NCBI GenBank assembly: GCA_002633005.1
Contig: NMRA01000091.1
Coordinates: forward strand, 78,275 to 142,274
Source: Phoronis australis
Lineage: Eukaryota; Animalia; Phoronida
DNA length: 64,000 nt
Reading direction: 5' to 3'
Both the position numbers and the translations under genes were made by a program. Shown piece after piece: positions 25,783-40,473 of this stretch (its first letter is position 1; the number at the start of each line of letters is the position of its first letter). The notes under the pieces were generated by a model, which saw only the letters and a program-made list of their open reading frames with translations, was not told the DNA's origin and made no database searches.

Positions 25783-27588
25783 CTGCAATCGTTTTTATTT
25801 TTAGAAAATTCAATCGTTTATGGCAAAGTCAAATCAACAATGCACTAATTTTGAACATTCTAAAATTCGAGCACAACAAGTGTCAGTTCCTGCCATATAA
25901 TTTGATGGGACAACAAGACTGGTTTTCCTTTGAAATTTTAAGGTTCATTTTAATTTTTAATAAAATAAAAATACTCACAGCTTACCAAGTAACTTTAAGT
26001 TTAGATTGACGTCATGTAAATTGTTTACACGTTCTTAACAGAGAAGGTACGGAGGATCTAGAATTAAACTTACCTTTATTACCATCTTGTGTAAGTGAAA
26101 TGATTTTTTGGAAAAACGATTTATTTTGACGTTTTCCGTTCTACTGACGAACACAAGACAATTGTCCAGTCCATAATAGTGCGGTCCATGACATGGTTTT
26201 AATATTTGATGTTTTGGACCCTCGATGCTATCTTGCTGTAGGCGAACAACTAGAAAATGTTGCAAAATTACAATGCATTAACATTTCATTTGGGCACGAT
26301 TTGACAGTTATAACCTAGATTTCTAGATTAGCGCACGAATGTAATGCCTTAATGAAAAATTAATTCGCAGCGGCTGTTAGATCTTCATTCTATCGACAGA
26401 TTAAAGTAATACAGTCATCGCTTAGTGTGAAAGGCAATTTAATTAGTTTTGTTTTAGTCTAAAATATTAGATTGCTGTTTGCGTTCCTTGTTTCGCAGAC
26501 TTGTGTTTTGGAAATGAAATTCACCTTTGAACCAGACTACAGGTGCACATGCCCTGCAACGTTTTGTGACGTTTTAGCAGTTGTTTTGAAATTGGCATAT
26601 TAATTAACTACTATGCAAACCTGAGTTTAGAATCAAATTCCTGTCCACTTGATATATAACGTAGGAAGTTGTGTCGTCCGGTGGCAGGACACGGCTTTAA
26701 GAAAAACACTAGTTAGAAAACGAAAGTAGCAAATTTGGATGGTCTTTGCTGTGGTTCACTATTCCAGAAAGGTGGCTTTTGAATGCAAATACTTCATTCA
26801 AAATACCACATAAAATGGAAATCACAAAATTAACTCTCATATACGTGTCTCGAGTTTTTCCTTGCCACGATGGCTGTTGGAATTGAAAGAATTGAAAGGA
26901 ATTGAAGGTTATTGGGCGTACGACTTGAAGCCATCCACTTTTAAGGGGTAATGGTAAAAATCCGTTTATAATCAATGACTTTTTGAAGCTCATTGTACTT
27001 GTTGACGCCACGGATGGCATGTTTAGAGATGGGAACTCATTTCAATGGTGTGTGGATACATTTAGGTTTGAAACGTTATCATTTTGTGTTTTTGTTGGAC
27101 AGTTGAGTAAACAGGAGATGGTGATTGTTTAAGGCCATTTTCAGTGACTTAACATGTACAGAAATTGTCTAAGCATTTCAGACTCGTTGTCAACTAATCT
27201 GTTTGCCATTGTGATCCAGGCGACATAAAGAGTTTTCATAACATTTCCATTTTTCAAAAACCGGAAACAGGCACTGTTAAATCAGTCATTTGTGACTTTT
27301 GTTTCCTGACTAGCGCATTTTCGTAAAACCATGTTCTCTCACCATAAGACCAAAATTCCTTGTAAAATACAGTATATCTCAAATTGTCAGGAATTTCCAA
27401 CTGAACACTTACACATGCAAATTTTGTCCATGCTTTCAACTTCCTGGAAATTGGGCGAACAACAGATGGTGTACTTACTTTTCTAGGAATTTTATTAGGA
27501 TACATTATCTCCCTTCGTCACGTCCTCAGTAACAGAGTGCGTTTCTCACCTATTCAGTTATTTTCTTTGGAACTCAGTTTTTCTCTCA

Positions 27589-28122
27589 AGGGAGAAAATC
27601 ATTAATTGGTCGGACTTCAAAAGCACTTGCCCGGACTTCAAAACCAGCTGGCTGCAAAATCATTATGGCCGGTGTTTTAACTTGGTGGTCGGACCTCAAA
27701 ACATATTAGCCGGTACATCAAAATCAGATGGCCGCCCCCAAAAATTAGTTGGCTGGACTTAAAACGGGTTGGCCGGTGCTAAAACACAATGGCCGAACAA
27801 ATCGCCGCTTTTGAACAAAACAAACAAACGGGTACGAAAAACAAACACCAGATGTCACTTGAATCCTTTGAGACATTCAAAGTGAGTTTCGCAGTGTGGA
27901 AGTCCGGCCGGCCGTCGTGTTTGATCATTGGCCAACTGGTTATAGCAACGGCCATCTTGTTTTTGGTCCAGCGAACTAGTTTTTTGGATGAGGCCGTCGC
28001 GTTTTAAGTCCGGTCAACACATTTTATCACCAGCCATAAGGTTTTGCAGTCCAGCCGACTGGTTTTGAAGTCCGGGCAAGTTTTGAAGTCCGACCAATTG
28101 TTGACCCCCNCCCCCCCCCCCT
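27589..28122. mobile_element. Foldback/palindromic MITE built from roughly 21-bp sub-repeats (GGACTTCAAAA core)
   Basis: Left arm AATTGGTCGGACTTCAAAAGCACTTGCCCGGACTTCAAAACCAG... mirrors right arm ...CTGGTTTTGAAGTCCGGGCAAGTTTTGAAGTCCGACCAATT. Flanks ttctctca/atctctaa may be a decayed TSD. Confidence 0.85.
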
Positions 28123-31100
28123 ATCTCTAAGTTGCATTTAGTTTCCCGTCTGGTAGGAAGCATGAGTTCGCACACTATGTAGCACGTGCTTGGCAAACTA
28201 TAGATGAGGTTTGTGGAAAGTGGTATTCAGAAGAAAAGAATTGCGAAGTTCCTTTTTAAAAAGAGCGTTGTTATTGAAAACGCTCTTGCGGTCCGTGAGA
28301 GAGAATTCTTGTCTGTCCTGTATTTTCAAGTTCGAGTGACGTGAGGGAAACGGTGCGCAAATCATAAATACAAATACTGTCATAATATAAGACGGAGAAA
28401 TGTAACTCCAATTGCCGGTTTGGTGAAGACTACCTTAAGTACATATAGTGAAAATAGCATGTTGGCTGAACGATGAGAGCTACAGTGTATAGGTAGAATT
28501 TCGCTAAAGCAATTACTAAGTGTACGCTTCCTTTAGCTGACCCAGTGACCTCGTAGCTTACTGTACGTGACGATGGTTCTGGGATCGGGATTTCAATAGA
28601 TGACCTGCAATTGCATATAGCAATATTTAGAATGGAAGATAGCATTTTTTCTAGATACCTCTGACAAGATTACATGTACAACGAAATCGTGTGTGATTAA
28701 TACCAGACGCTTATTGCTATGTACTACAAAATTCAAACTTGTATAGCGAAGTTGAAGGTGTTGGCCAAGCTAACATATTTCCGAAATTCAATCCTTGTTG
28801 TAACCCAACGGCTAAGTGATAAGAAGTACACTGTTTTGGTAGCAGCAGCATTCTGTTTCATCTCTTCACTTAGTGTAGGTACATGTAGGTGTCGCTTTTT
28901 GTTTCTCAATGTTCGATTCAAGAATTCGTAACTATACTTGAAGAACGAACTTATAAACGATACACGCTGCTTTAAACCACCCCTCCGCTAAAGACTAAAT
29001 TTTGATTTTGTACACCTACTTTTTCAAAACAGGCCTCAACCTGATCCTTTCTCAGATTCAGTAGATTGGGTTTCTGGACTACGGAAGCATTCATTGGTAC
29101 TTCGTGGGTGCTTGGGATCAATAAGTTGACTTGACACGGCTGGTTATTTTATGCAGCGAGCACGGTCTTAAATACAAGCGAGCTGTCACTTCTTCTCAGA
29201 CACCAAAATCACCAATAATCTGAGTCAGGGACGCGTTGAGAGTTTTATAGCGCCAAGTGGACTAAACCAAAAACTTCTTTGGCAGATCGCCACTAAGGAG
29301 CAAGTTTATACAACAGTGTCTCATACTTAACACCAATTCACTTATCATTGATTGACTGAGTTCATTTTCACAAAAGTGTACGTACTAATTAAATTCGGTC
29401 GGTAAATCTAACGAAGACCTAAGTCACATGTCCAGTAAAACAACAAGAAACAGGGATAGGTTGGTCAGAATTACAGACGTAAGGTTAAAAATTTCCACCG
29501 TGGAAATACGTGCGATTGTTTTTGAAGTGTTACAAAATAAGTTTGAAAATTAACGGACGTTGTAATAAAAAGTTACCGCAAATTCCGATTAAGTGACCCC
29601 TGGTCAATAAAGTGCGTCTGGACGTTCTCTGCAAAACGGATTCCAAAAGCACCCACGTTGTCTTTTTACGGGCAATGTTCTATATTCCAAGTATGTACTA
29701 TCAAATTCTAAAAACTGTTCATGATCCATTGTGAATGGAAAGCCAGGACACATGTGTCTGTTTTGTCGCAAAATAATTTTGTATGTGGTGGTGTAACGGC
29801 GTGTTCTCTGTACTGACAATAACGGGGTGTTTGCACTTTTGATGAAGTGACTTTTTTCATATTTTATCATCAAAAGTCGTGTGGAGGGCCAGATCAAATT
29901 TCTAACTTGTCTTTTAAGTGATTAAAAAATCAGTTTTCCTGAAACAGTCCCCCCAGGCTCCTATCTTTTCATACAGAGCAGATTGTATAGGATACTTTTT
30001 CGAACCGTCTTAACACCAATGGAGTAGCTCAGGAGTTTTACGGTCTGATTTGGAACTGTTGAGATCTGTATCTATCGCACTACGATTTGAAATCCACGTG
30101 CGTTTTGGTGCAACCAGTCTATGAATGCAGCAACAGTGTTGTGTCGAGGTTCTTTGAATTTATTTCCGTAATATAAAGCGGTGGCAACACGATTCTGTAG
30201 TCCGACCGTGAACACTGTCAACCTTCTGATAACGTCTCGCAGATGTTTAAGAGGCGCGTTATTTTTTGCTATTCCGTGTTTATAACAAGGAACAGAAGAC
30301 TGCAAAGCATGTACCGGTGGATGAAGGTCATTGTAAACTTAAAACAGCAGCGAGACGTGCCTCTGACTAAGGTAAAGCAACGAGACGAACAGGTGTTACC
30401 ACCCCCTCATCGGCCAATCCGTTTGTACTATGATACATACATACTACTGTTAGGATTGCCCTAAATACATTTCACTGTCACTATTAACGCATGCCGAATA
30501 TGTCGAATTTTGCTTTTCCTTCTGGCAAAAATGCTAGAACAATTTTGGAAAATCATCGAACAGTGCAGCGTCTTAGAGTCACACTTTCGATAAACGTATA
30601 AGGGTCACACAGTAAAAATTGTTCACTTTTGATAAAAGGCATGAATTAAACAGGTACTAAATTTAGAATGTGAAGAATCAAATAAGGCTTGACACCCAAC
30701 GTTATTTCTATGATGACGTCCGCCATTTTGAATTCAAACATGGCCGTCTTTTCTCAGGAATTTACTTATCTGGGTTTATTTTAAGTTGAGATTTACACAC
30801 CTTTTCGGAAAAAAATGTTCAGAAATAATCAAATCTCGATTTTTGTACGAAAATGATAAACGGTGACTTTATATGGCATCTGCAATATTAAATACAAAAG
30901 CATAGAAATGCAAATGATTTGAAGCGTTTTTAACTAAGTGAGACGGCAGACAGTTTACCTGGTGTTCCAAATAGTACTTGTATTGTTTCAAGGGATCATT
31001 AATTAACTCAATTATTGTCTTATAAGTAAGAGACTTTTACAACACAGAAAACATTTTTGCGTATCTGTACAATTACTCAGCAGCGATCTGCCCCTTCGTC

Positions 31101-34100
31101 ATTTTGCTTTTTTGAAAAATCACAGAACAGCAGAGAAGTTAAAGAAACACACCAGCAAAGATAAAACCGATAAGTGGCATTACAGGGAAAATTACAAGTC
31201 TTTCATCGCCTTATTTGACAATTGAAAGCAACGGTTTCGGGGTCTCTCTATGTACTACCTACTTATTCAAGCTTCTGCGACACCTGGTGTTGTCTCACGA
31301 TCCTCAGCCATGGTCTTTAAAAAAGGTTTTGTGAGTACTTTCATACTTGTAATTTTAACGTTTTGCACCTCACTCATCAATAGATGTACTTTTCAAATGT
31401 AAAGTGTTCCCGTGTTTAAATTTACACATTTTCGTGTAAGTTGCCAATGAATTTGGTAAAAATGACGAAATGTCGAAATTAGGAGTTTGTGTACAGTGTA
31501 TCAGATTATTGATAAAAATGTTTGTCTTAGGCATTTTATTGAATACATTTGAGCATTGTTGGTCACATCAAAGAAAATAAACGAACAACATAGTAGTATT
31601 ATTATGCTTTTTAAAGACAGAATCGTTCCACTTCAACATATAAATTCAACTTTGTCCCACTCGTTCGCTGACAATTTCGCTCCCTGGCCTTCTTAAGTCC
31701 TTTACACTCAATAGTTAACACTTTTGAAACACTTTTGGTGAGTCCCTTGTAAATATAAGTGATATGGAGGTCACAATTGTGTTATTTCACGTTTATTAAG
31801 ACAAGCACAAAGCCATTGTTGATCATCATTTACCACACTATTGGAGTTTCAATCAGTGCACCCAAACTGCTTGTTTTCGTCTATAAATTTTCCAACAGTA
31901 TACAACATTGCTTTCAACAAACGTTGATTTTTGTAAAGTTAAAACGTATTGGAGCCTTTCATTTATTCCCGCACGTGTGAGTGGTGTTTTACAAAGCAAA
32001 GTGTATTTTCAATGATAGTTTGCTTATTTTAGTAACGCATAATCGGTTTTAGAAGTGTTCAACAGAATTCTGTGCTTCGACAAAAGCTGATGTAGTTCTA
32101 TTAAATAGCATTGGTCTCATACTTATCCTACCCTATTCCGATGTTTAGTGATGACGTGTCGTGGCAGTAGATGACGCAATTTGGACCAGGAAATAAGAAA
32201 AGACATGCCGTCACACCGGGTCCAAAACGCCAATATGACGTCTTATTATATAAACATTTCTTAAATAACCAACATGTATTACGTTGGATACTTGCTGATA
32301 TAAATTACTACTGTGTTGAAATGGTTGGAATTGATGCAGAAAACATAAGAAATGTCAAACGTGGGGTCAGTCCTGCTTCCTGTTACGTCCGCTCATCCAG
32401 TACTTTGTGTTAATCATGTTTTATTCTTAAATGTGTTTTAATAACTCCGAACGAAAACAATATAATTCGTGTTACACTGCTCGCATTTGAAACAATCCTT
32501 TGGATTCAGTTTCGTTTAACTCATAACAAGATGAATTTTAGCGCAAATTAGCTTTATTAAAACATGTTCTCAAATGATGTCCTTTCATCATGATATATTT
32601 GTTTTCAAAATAAGCAGAACAAAACGTGCAGAGATTCGTAATTGTAGGCTACACTAGTTAAATCCTCAGTAATTTGATTATTTCTCAAGACCCCTGGAAA
32701 CATTGCGAAAAACAGCCTGACGCATGTTATTCATGCGAACATGTTTTTGTCATCTGCCTTTTCACGATCAGATTTTAGATTGACAATTGGAAATCAGTTC
32801 TGTTTTAAATTTTCGGGTGGTGCACCAAGAAACTGGCTGTCACAGTGGAATGCAAACAATTATATGCAGTTGTACGAGAAAGCGCAAATACAAACAGGAC
32901 AGTAAGTTACGAAATGTTCCAACTTTTGTGACATCCTTCGATTGGCGAGATTTGTTCTACGTTCTTAACATGTGAAATTAAAGTAGATAGTATCGTTAAA
33001 CTTAAATTTGTTCTGAGATGGCCGTGGTGCGTTTAGTAGCAATGAAAACATCTGCGTGCGAGGAGAAACGCGAGGGTGGGCGTTTTGCGCCGTAGTGGTA
33101 ACGTTTATGATAAACGCTGTCAGAGGACTTGTGAGCTATTTTGGCACGAAGAAAATAAACTTATGAATTGCTCCAGGAAACCCCAATCTTCATGCAAAGC
33201 AGCATCATGACATCCAGCTCGAGAACAACAAAGGTTACATTGGCTTTGAATCCAATAGCTTCGGAAACGGAAGAATGAAATTATTGTGAAAGCGCAGACC
33301 ACTGTTTCCAATGGAAAGCAATATTTACGAAGAGGGGTTGTTACGGCGAAACTAACTGAGTGTGTCAGGCTTAAGAGCATGAGAAATGTTACGGTGGCAA
33401 AGTACATGTATAATTGTACATGTCATGTCTTACTTCTTGTACATGTAAGTTTTAGGAATTTCAAGACCCTTCAATTTAATGACAGCCGAAAACAACAAAT
33501 TTCGTGATTTTTAAAATTCGAATTCAATTCAGAACCACTGAATTGCACCATAGTTTACATTATTTTGCATTTCTAAACATTTACTGGGGCAGGCAGTCCG
33601 AACTAGGTTAGGAAAGAATATCCTGCCTTTCATTCATTCACAAAAATTGATCGCTTTTGCAATATTTCATATATGTCAAGAAAAATACCTTATGTTCATT
33701 CTCAGGGAACTTGTAATACAAAATGTGTACTGTGGAACGAGACAAAAAAGACTTAGCAGAACCAGAGACCGTAGGGAGGGAGATAAATCTCCTAGCGAAA
33801 TCGCATTGGACGGCCACTGGCGGACATTGTTGTTTCATGGACCGTAGAGACGTCTAGCGGGCGTGTGTATAATAAAGGATATGGGAAGATAAGACCGGTT
33901 CGGTCGGTAAAAATACAACGGTGCTTTTTTCACTGCCTATGGCTACAGCAACAATTAATTTGAAATTCGTGACTTATGTTTTTTGCAGTTTCCCATTAAT
34001 TAAGTTAGATGATGTTCACGATTGAAACAAAGGATTTTTTGAGCGAAACTTGCCAGTCAGCCAGTGATGGTGATTTAAACTTAATGTCTTTACTGTTCCT

Positions 34101-35012
34101 GCATTTAATAGGTTATATAGAAAATTATCGTAAATGGTTTGCATGCTTTTGGGAACTACTGATTAGTTTATTCTATGCCCATCGATGCTTCTATTTTCTT
34201 TCATTTCTTTCTGCAGTCTTAAAACATTCAGATCTAAAAGACAATTATATTTACTATTACTTTTTATTTACTAATTTCGTTAATATTATTATATCATAAT
34301 TTATTTGTTTTTATCTATGCTTTATTATTTATTCACTATTATTTATATGTTTCTATTTATTTATTGTTTCTCATTTCATTGTTGTAACATATTTAAATTA
34401 TTTCTTGTGATCCCATACAATCAACATTCTGGCTGTCGTTGGTCAATAATCTTTATCATAAGATAGTAATGAACACCCCTAAATAAAATTGTTTAAGGTG
34501 CAGTAATGGGTGCATTGTGTTGCTCCTGTTTACAAATCATGCACTAGCACTGCTTATTTTGTATTTGCAGTTTAATGCCACTTATGTGATTATGATTTGG
34601 ACACCATTGCAGCATTTTTCTGCATCCACAATATATTTCTTGTCTGTCAATTATTTTTCAAAGCGACTTGGCATATTCTGATTAAACTTCACATTATTTA
34701 AATTTATGACTAGGGTACGCCAGCACCACTTCATTTTTGGACGAATTTAAGTGTTGTGCTATCCCGTCTTCAACAAAACAGTGCTTGTCCAAAATTATTG
34801 TCAAAATTGCTTAGCAGTGTTTAACGAAATATGGCACAGAGATACATGGCGGAGGTGCATCGCTTTTTGTGCAATTTTGACTGCAGTTCGAGGTACACAA
34901 TTATTTTTTGTATCATGGCATGGACTTCAGTGCATAATAAATATTAATTGTATGGTTTGGTAACCTGTTTGGTAATTTGCTAGAGGAAGTGTTGAGGGAA
35001 GTTTTCTTTTAA

Positions 35013-35199
35013 AGGCATATTGAGCCCTACATCGTTGGGTACTTCGGTAGCATGTGTATTACCTTAGAAACCCCATTAAACACAGTGACAATGTCGTTTG
35101 TTTAGTTTTTTATTTTGACAAGTCAGGAAATAAGGAGTCCTTATGTTATTTACTTTGAAGTTGGCCATTTTTACATGCCGATGTAGGCTGAATATGCTT
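35013..35199. mobile_element. Small non-autonomous Kolobok-like element (TTAA TSD)
   Basis: TTAA|AGGCATATTGAGCCCTACATCG...CGATGTAGGCTGAATATGCTT|TTAA. Confidence 0.75.
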
Positions 35200-35792
35200 T
35201 TAACTAATTGCGGATAGCTGATTTAATAAAATGTTAATGGTTTACAAGAGCTGAAAAGCATCGTAAAACTACCTTAAATGAAATGTGTATTCAACAGGCA
35301 TCTTGGGTGTGTTATAGGGGCATACAAGGCAGGTTTACTGGGGTGCAGGCAGTAATTCCATCTCTTGCTGGTTTTCAACCCCCTACCCCTGTTACCCTCA
35401 GTTTCATTCAACACATCCCACCCCAATTCGCTACTAATTTCAGATCTCATCAGGCATGGTTGCTGGGGGTCCAGTGCCCGGTTGTATGAAACAGTCCAAA
35501 ATAGCGACTACTATGTTAGTACCTAAATCTGCCGCATATTTGCGAGTTCTCTACGTTGAATTCTCAGTATTATTGAAAATTAGTACGGATCTTTTCATGC
35601 AACGACCCTAAGTTAAGACCTGCGTCCCTTAGTATTTTGATTGAATTAGGGGCCAGTTTTCAGTTATATTATTATAAAATGGCATAAGTCAAAAGAGAAA
35701 CTCATAATAAAGATAAAATGATTGAAAAATAAAACGACTGCAAGAAAAGAACCAAACAAATACCCAAAAGATTTAGGCAACTCAGATGAGAA

Positions 35793-35951
35793 CAGGCAGA
35801 TCCAGGGGGATGTCAAAAAGGTCCAGACCCCCATTTTCCCTTGATTTTAGTGATATCAAATTTAGAATTTTCAATTTGTTGACTTGGACCACCCTTTTAA
35901 AAAAATCTCTGATCCGACCCCCCCTTTTAAAAAATCCTGGATCCGCCTCTG
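35793..35951. mobile_element. CA...TG MITE (GCGGATCCAGG type)
   Basis: CAGGCAGATCCAGGGGG...CCTGGATCCGCCTCTG; AAAAGGTCC motif; TSD not clearly preserved. Confidence 0.7.
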
Positions 35952-36599
35952 CTGAGTCGCTATTTGCGACTGTTTCATGTAAGATTTGGATGGCGTAATG
36001 GGGCTGCTTTTGGACATTGACGTGGGAAACATTTGAGTTTGTGTGTTGATAGTTTTAATAATTAATTGTTAATTAATTGATATTGATACCTGGGATATTG
36101 GGGGGCAGAAAGCTATTTCCTCTCCCAGCTTTTTGGTTGAGGCCACCCCCATTTTTACTTCTACCTCTTCTTCAGCAGATCTATCTCATTTATATTACTT
36201 ACCTGATCCCCCTAGGCAAAATCCTACACAGTCTGTATCTGCCCACCCACCACTCACCTACTTTCACCTGGTCACCTCCGATTACTGAGTCACCTTCTTG
36301 CTTATAATGTAGACTTTTTCTTGATTTACACGGTATTTTGCATATGTGTATTTTTCCAACAAACAGCTCATATATTTTGTTCTCAATATTTTAATCAGTG
36401 ACACTTCACAATTTTGAATGTGACAAACTAAAATCGCCAATGAGATAAATATTGAAGCATATGTACAGCTCATTGCGCCTTGCGTACTTCGTCGACGCAC
36501 ATACACACACACACGCTAGGTGTCGCCATAGTCCATGACACAGCGGCGGCGGCCAGTGAGATTTGTCTCGTTAACGTCTTTGGCAGAACCACCTTTCTG

Positions 36600-36772
36600 G
36601 CCCTCAACCACGTGGAAATTTGTTTACTTCGTACCCATGGTCAAAGGATACTGAGCTCTTACTCAAATCGAATCTCCTGCTTGGCTTGTACACTTTCCGC
36701 AATTCACAATCTTTTCATTCACCGAGTCGCCGTACGATTGAGTTAACGAGGAGTACATAGCATGGAAAGACG
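36600..36772 (+). repeat. Old dispersed repeat fragment, inverted homolog of about 47905-48068
   Basis: Shared blocks CGTGGAAATTTGTTTACT, ACTCA(A/G)ATCGAATCTC, GCAATTCACA, TTTCATTCACC(G/A)AGTCG and AGCAT(G/A)GAAAGA. Confidence 0.75.
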
Positions 36773-37344
36773 CCGCGGAAAACGAAGACATAACATATTT
36801 TTTATCCTAGGTGTGTTGCACGTCTGCGTACGTACGACTGTTGGTAACGTTATAGCGAATAAACCGAGTCGCTGCACGGTGTCTGGTATATCACGAACAC
36901 AGCAAGTTGTGAAAAAAGATAAATCCTCACCCAAAGTCATTCATTTCACCGGCCGTTTCGTTGCCTCGATCTGGTGCCCACGGCGCGTTTTAACCACAGA
37001 CACTCGTATTTCGTGCTTGGTTTCTTTACTGAACCCGCGAGGGTCACCGACTTACTGGTTTCGCTAAAATCCTCTGATCTATCATTGTTTGAATACATGT
37101 TTCGATCTCCAAATAAGGGCATCTCCTTCAATTACGAACAATAGCTGAAGCAACGACTAGCCGGCAACGATAAATGAGATATCAGAATTTTATGGTACAC
37201 TGGCCTTATTATGGGCGTGACTTGCATGGAATCTTTCAACGGTTTATGCTCAAAACGGTAGGTCCCGGATGCCGGCTTCGAATGGACTGACAATTATTTA
37301 ATTATTTATTATTTAATTATTTGTCGATGGTTCTGGATGAATCG

Positions 37345-37400
37345 AATGCAAATTCAAATCGATTGCAAACTCAAATCAACTGCAAATTCAAATCGACTGT
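37345..37400. repeat. Short 17-bp tandem repeat (TGCAAATTCAAATCGAT)
   Basis: About three imperfect copies visible. Confidence 0.7.
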
Positions 37401-40175
37401 CAATTATAAACAAATTTTATAAAATTAATGTTTCAATGGATTTTGATGTAGGTTCAAGGTAATCAATCAAACAGATAATCCGTAGACTGAGTGCCTGCAG
37501 ATTTGAAATAATTACGTAAGAAGTTAGACGTATTTTGATGAAATTCGTACTAGGTTAATTATCAACTGAAGGTTGCTGCAGGGTAGTACAACATCTCTAC
37601 TGAAATGAACAACCAACGCAAGTATAGTTTTGATGAGATGCTGGCAGTCATTTTGAATGCAATATAGCTGTGCCCACTTTTCGTGACACATAACGTATGA
37701 TTTGAGGTTAAAAGTTGCGAATTTGTTTGCGAAACCAAAAATATACGATGTAAATATTGCTGATTCAACATTTTTAAAATTCAAAACGACGGTTAGATAC
37801 CATGGTGATACCCATGGATACATGAAAATTGACATGTACATCAACATTCATGCAATTTTGGTCCTTAACCCAATAAAACTTAAATTTTGGTTTGCTCGTA
37901 ATTTACTCCATTCTGAAATCCATTTTCGCTAACATTTTGCATTTTAACTTACACGTGTCGAATGATGTCGCATCGCTCAAACTCGAATTCATAATGCTGG
38001 TTATCAGACCCCAAAATGTGATAATGACCAAGTAATCCATGGAAGTAGGCTATGCCAGGGTTTTCGATCTCAAGTCGATCATATAAATCCCTCGTTCGAT
38101 CAATCAGCAACCATTTTTTTACCAAAAACGTTGTGGAGATTTTGAAAGTACCTCCAGGGCACACTCGGAATGGACAAAGGAAATTGATTGGTTAGCTTTG
38201 GAAACATTGTAATGCCTTGTGGTGTTTTAACGCAAAACAATTAACAAACGTCATTTGGGCATTTCAGTGCCGGTAGTAAGCTGCGGTTCACCAGGCTCTT
38301 AAAAGGCGTATACTGAATGTTAGTAACCATTTTAGCCTTTGAAAGCACACTGTGTACCATAGTGCGATGGTGGGAACTGAAATGCTTGGGACAGGTTTGC
38401 ATTGACCTGGCAGTTTATATTTTACGTTTTTTATTAAATAAATGTGTCATTAGAATCCGCTTGAGATATAAAGGTTTCAAAAACTTTCGATTTCGGCGAC
38501 GTACTGGTACCGAGGCTTGAGAAATGAAGATTGAGTTACAATCTCTATTAAGTAATTCCAAGTAATTTCAAAAAATATTAATCGAAATTTGTAACGGCGT
38601 TATCAGAGTTCAGTATTACGATTTATTGACTCGAAACTACATGTATATGTATATGTACTGCCTTATAACCCCAGTTATTCGAATGATATGATAACACTTT
38701 TCGTGTAACAAGCGACAGCTGCGTTCCAACTTTATAAAACAAATTAACGGTTTCTAGATTGCCGGAAATGCATTTTGAAGGAAAAATAGTCAATCTTCAA
38801 CGTTTGAAATTCATGATCGTGTGAACACAGCTATAGACTTACCTTTGACTACATACATGTAAGAAAGACCGAATAAATTATTGCCCACGCTTTATCTGGC
38901 GACAAAGATCTATGAAATCAAATAGACGCAGCTCTACAGGCTGTCGCTATCAATTAGAAATCCAACATATTATGTTTAAATTACTGCAGAGTCGTTCTAG
39001 AGCCTCTGCTCGGTCAAATGTTGAGCTTTAGAGGTGCTCATCATTGTCTTGCGCTTTCCCGCCTGCTGGTAGTTGCAGACTGCGCAGTTTCACAGGTGGA
39101 TGCACATGACGAGAGCAACTGAGAGAACGGGGGAGGGGATGTCTTAGGAAGCGGTGATTAGAGGAAGCAGATATGCCGGAGAGAGGGTTATTCGGAGGTA
39201 GCGAGGTAGGGAGGCAAGGCGGAAATTAGGGAGCCAGGCAGGCAGCCGCTGGGCAAGCTTAGCCTGTCATGCAGGGGATAGAGGAATAGCTATAGAGTAT
39301 GGAGAAGTAGCAACGATCAAGAGGGACGGAGAACTAGAGGGAATGTTGCATGCACATGGAGAAGGAGAAACAGGGAACAAGTGAGGGGGGTGAGGCGCAT
39401 GTATGGAGCGGAGAGAAAGACGCGGGAAGGAATTCGGAGCAAGAATGCAAACACTTGCAAATATGCTTTCCGACCTCATTTTTAGTTTTTTGTGAAAAAG
39501 CACTTTTTCACAAGTCATCATTCTTTGCTCGCGTGATATTCCTTTTAGAATGACTCAGATTTCATAGTCTCCCACAAACATTAGAATGCCTGGTTACGAA
39601 TTTTTATTTTCAATTTCCTCACGCTTGTCTCTTTGTTTATAGAATGTCATCGAGACTTTAACACGAAATTGAACTTTCTGCTTAGTAACATAATGAACTT
39701 GATGATATACATGAAAATACAATTAGTTCCGTCAGCATTTTTACCGTAATCTTAGTGTTAAAGTGCTATAGCAAATGCGAATAAATTTGAATCACGGGTC
39801 AGTCAGTATATTTCGATTTCTTATCGTTTTCATGCGTGTCGAAGGTACATTTTATTCTTAGCCATTACACGCACTGCTCTGTATAGCCTCGTTCCGACCT
39901 TGGCTCCAGCACGCCGTCGGCTTTGTGTAAGTCGAAAATACAATCAAGTTCTAGACTGTAATGACTTCATTATTCGGAATGTCGTTTGAGTTGACTTGCC
40001 TGATATGTGTCGTTGTTTCATATTTAAAAAGGCCTTAGAAAATACATAAACACCGTGTGTTTGTTACGTGTCTGTCCACAATTAATTATTTTAAGTATCC
40101 TATAAGCAGTGTAATACCAAGACGAGTGCAAAATCTGTAGGAATCAGGTTTTCATAAATATTGCGTATCTATTAC

Positions 40176-40473
40176 CAGGGGCGGATCCAGGATTTTGAGT
40201 TAGGGGGGACAGGGTACAGGAATAACCATAATTTCGCATCATGAAGGGATATAAGGGGTCTCGAATTATTGGGTTTGTAGACTTTATTACTAAAAAACGG
40301 GGTTTGTCCAAGGCCTATGCATTGTGGATTCGTCCCCCGAGCCCTCCTGGGTGCGCGCATATATGCTAGTCGGCAATTTTCATCCCGCACTGCCAACCAA
40401 TTCGCATCCCGCACTGCCAAATGGGATCTGGGAGAATAGTAGGGGGCCATGTCCCCCTTACCTACCCCNACTG
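40176..40473. mobile_element. CA...TG MITE with 5-bp TSD (ATTAC)
   Basis: CAGGGGCGGATCCAGGATTTTGAGTT...ACTG with ATTAC on both sides; same family as 58543-58708. Confidence 0.8.

Noticed and set aside
36194-36204. TACTTACCTG resembling the U1 snRNA 5' end
   Set aside because: The downstream sequence does not match U1. It is simply the reverse complement of a splice-donor-like sequence, in a probable SINE-like relic.
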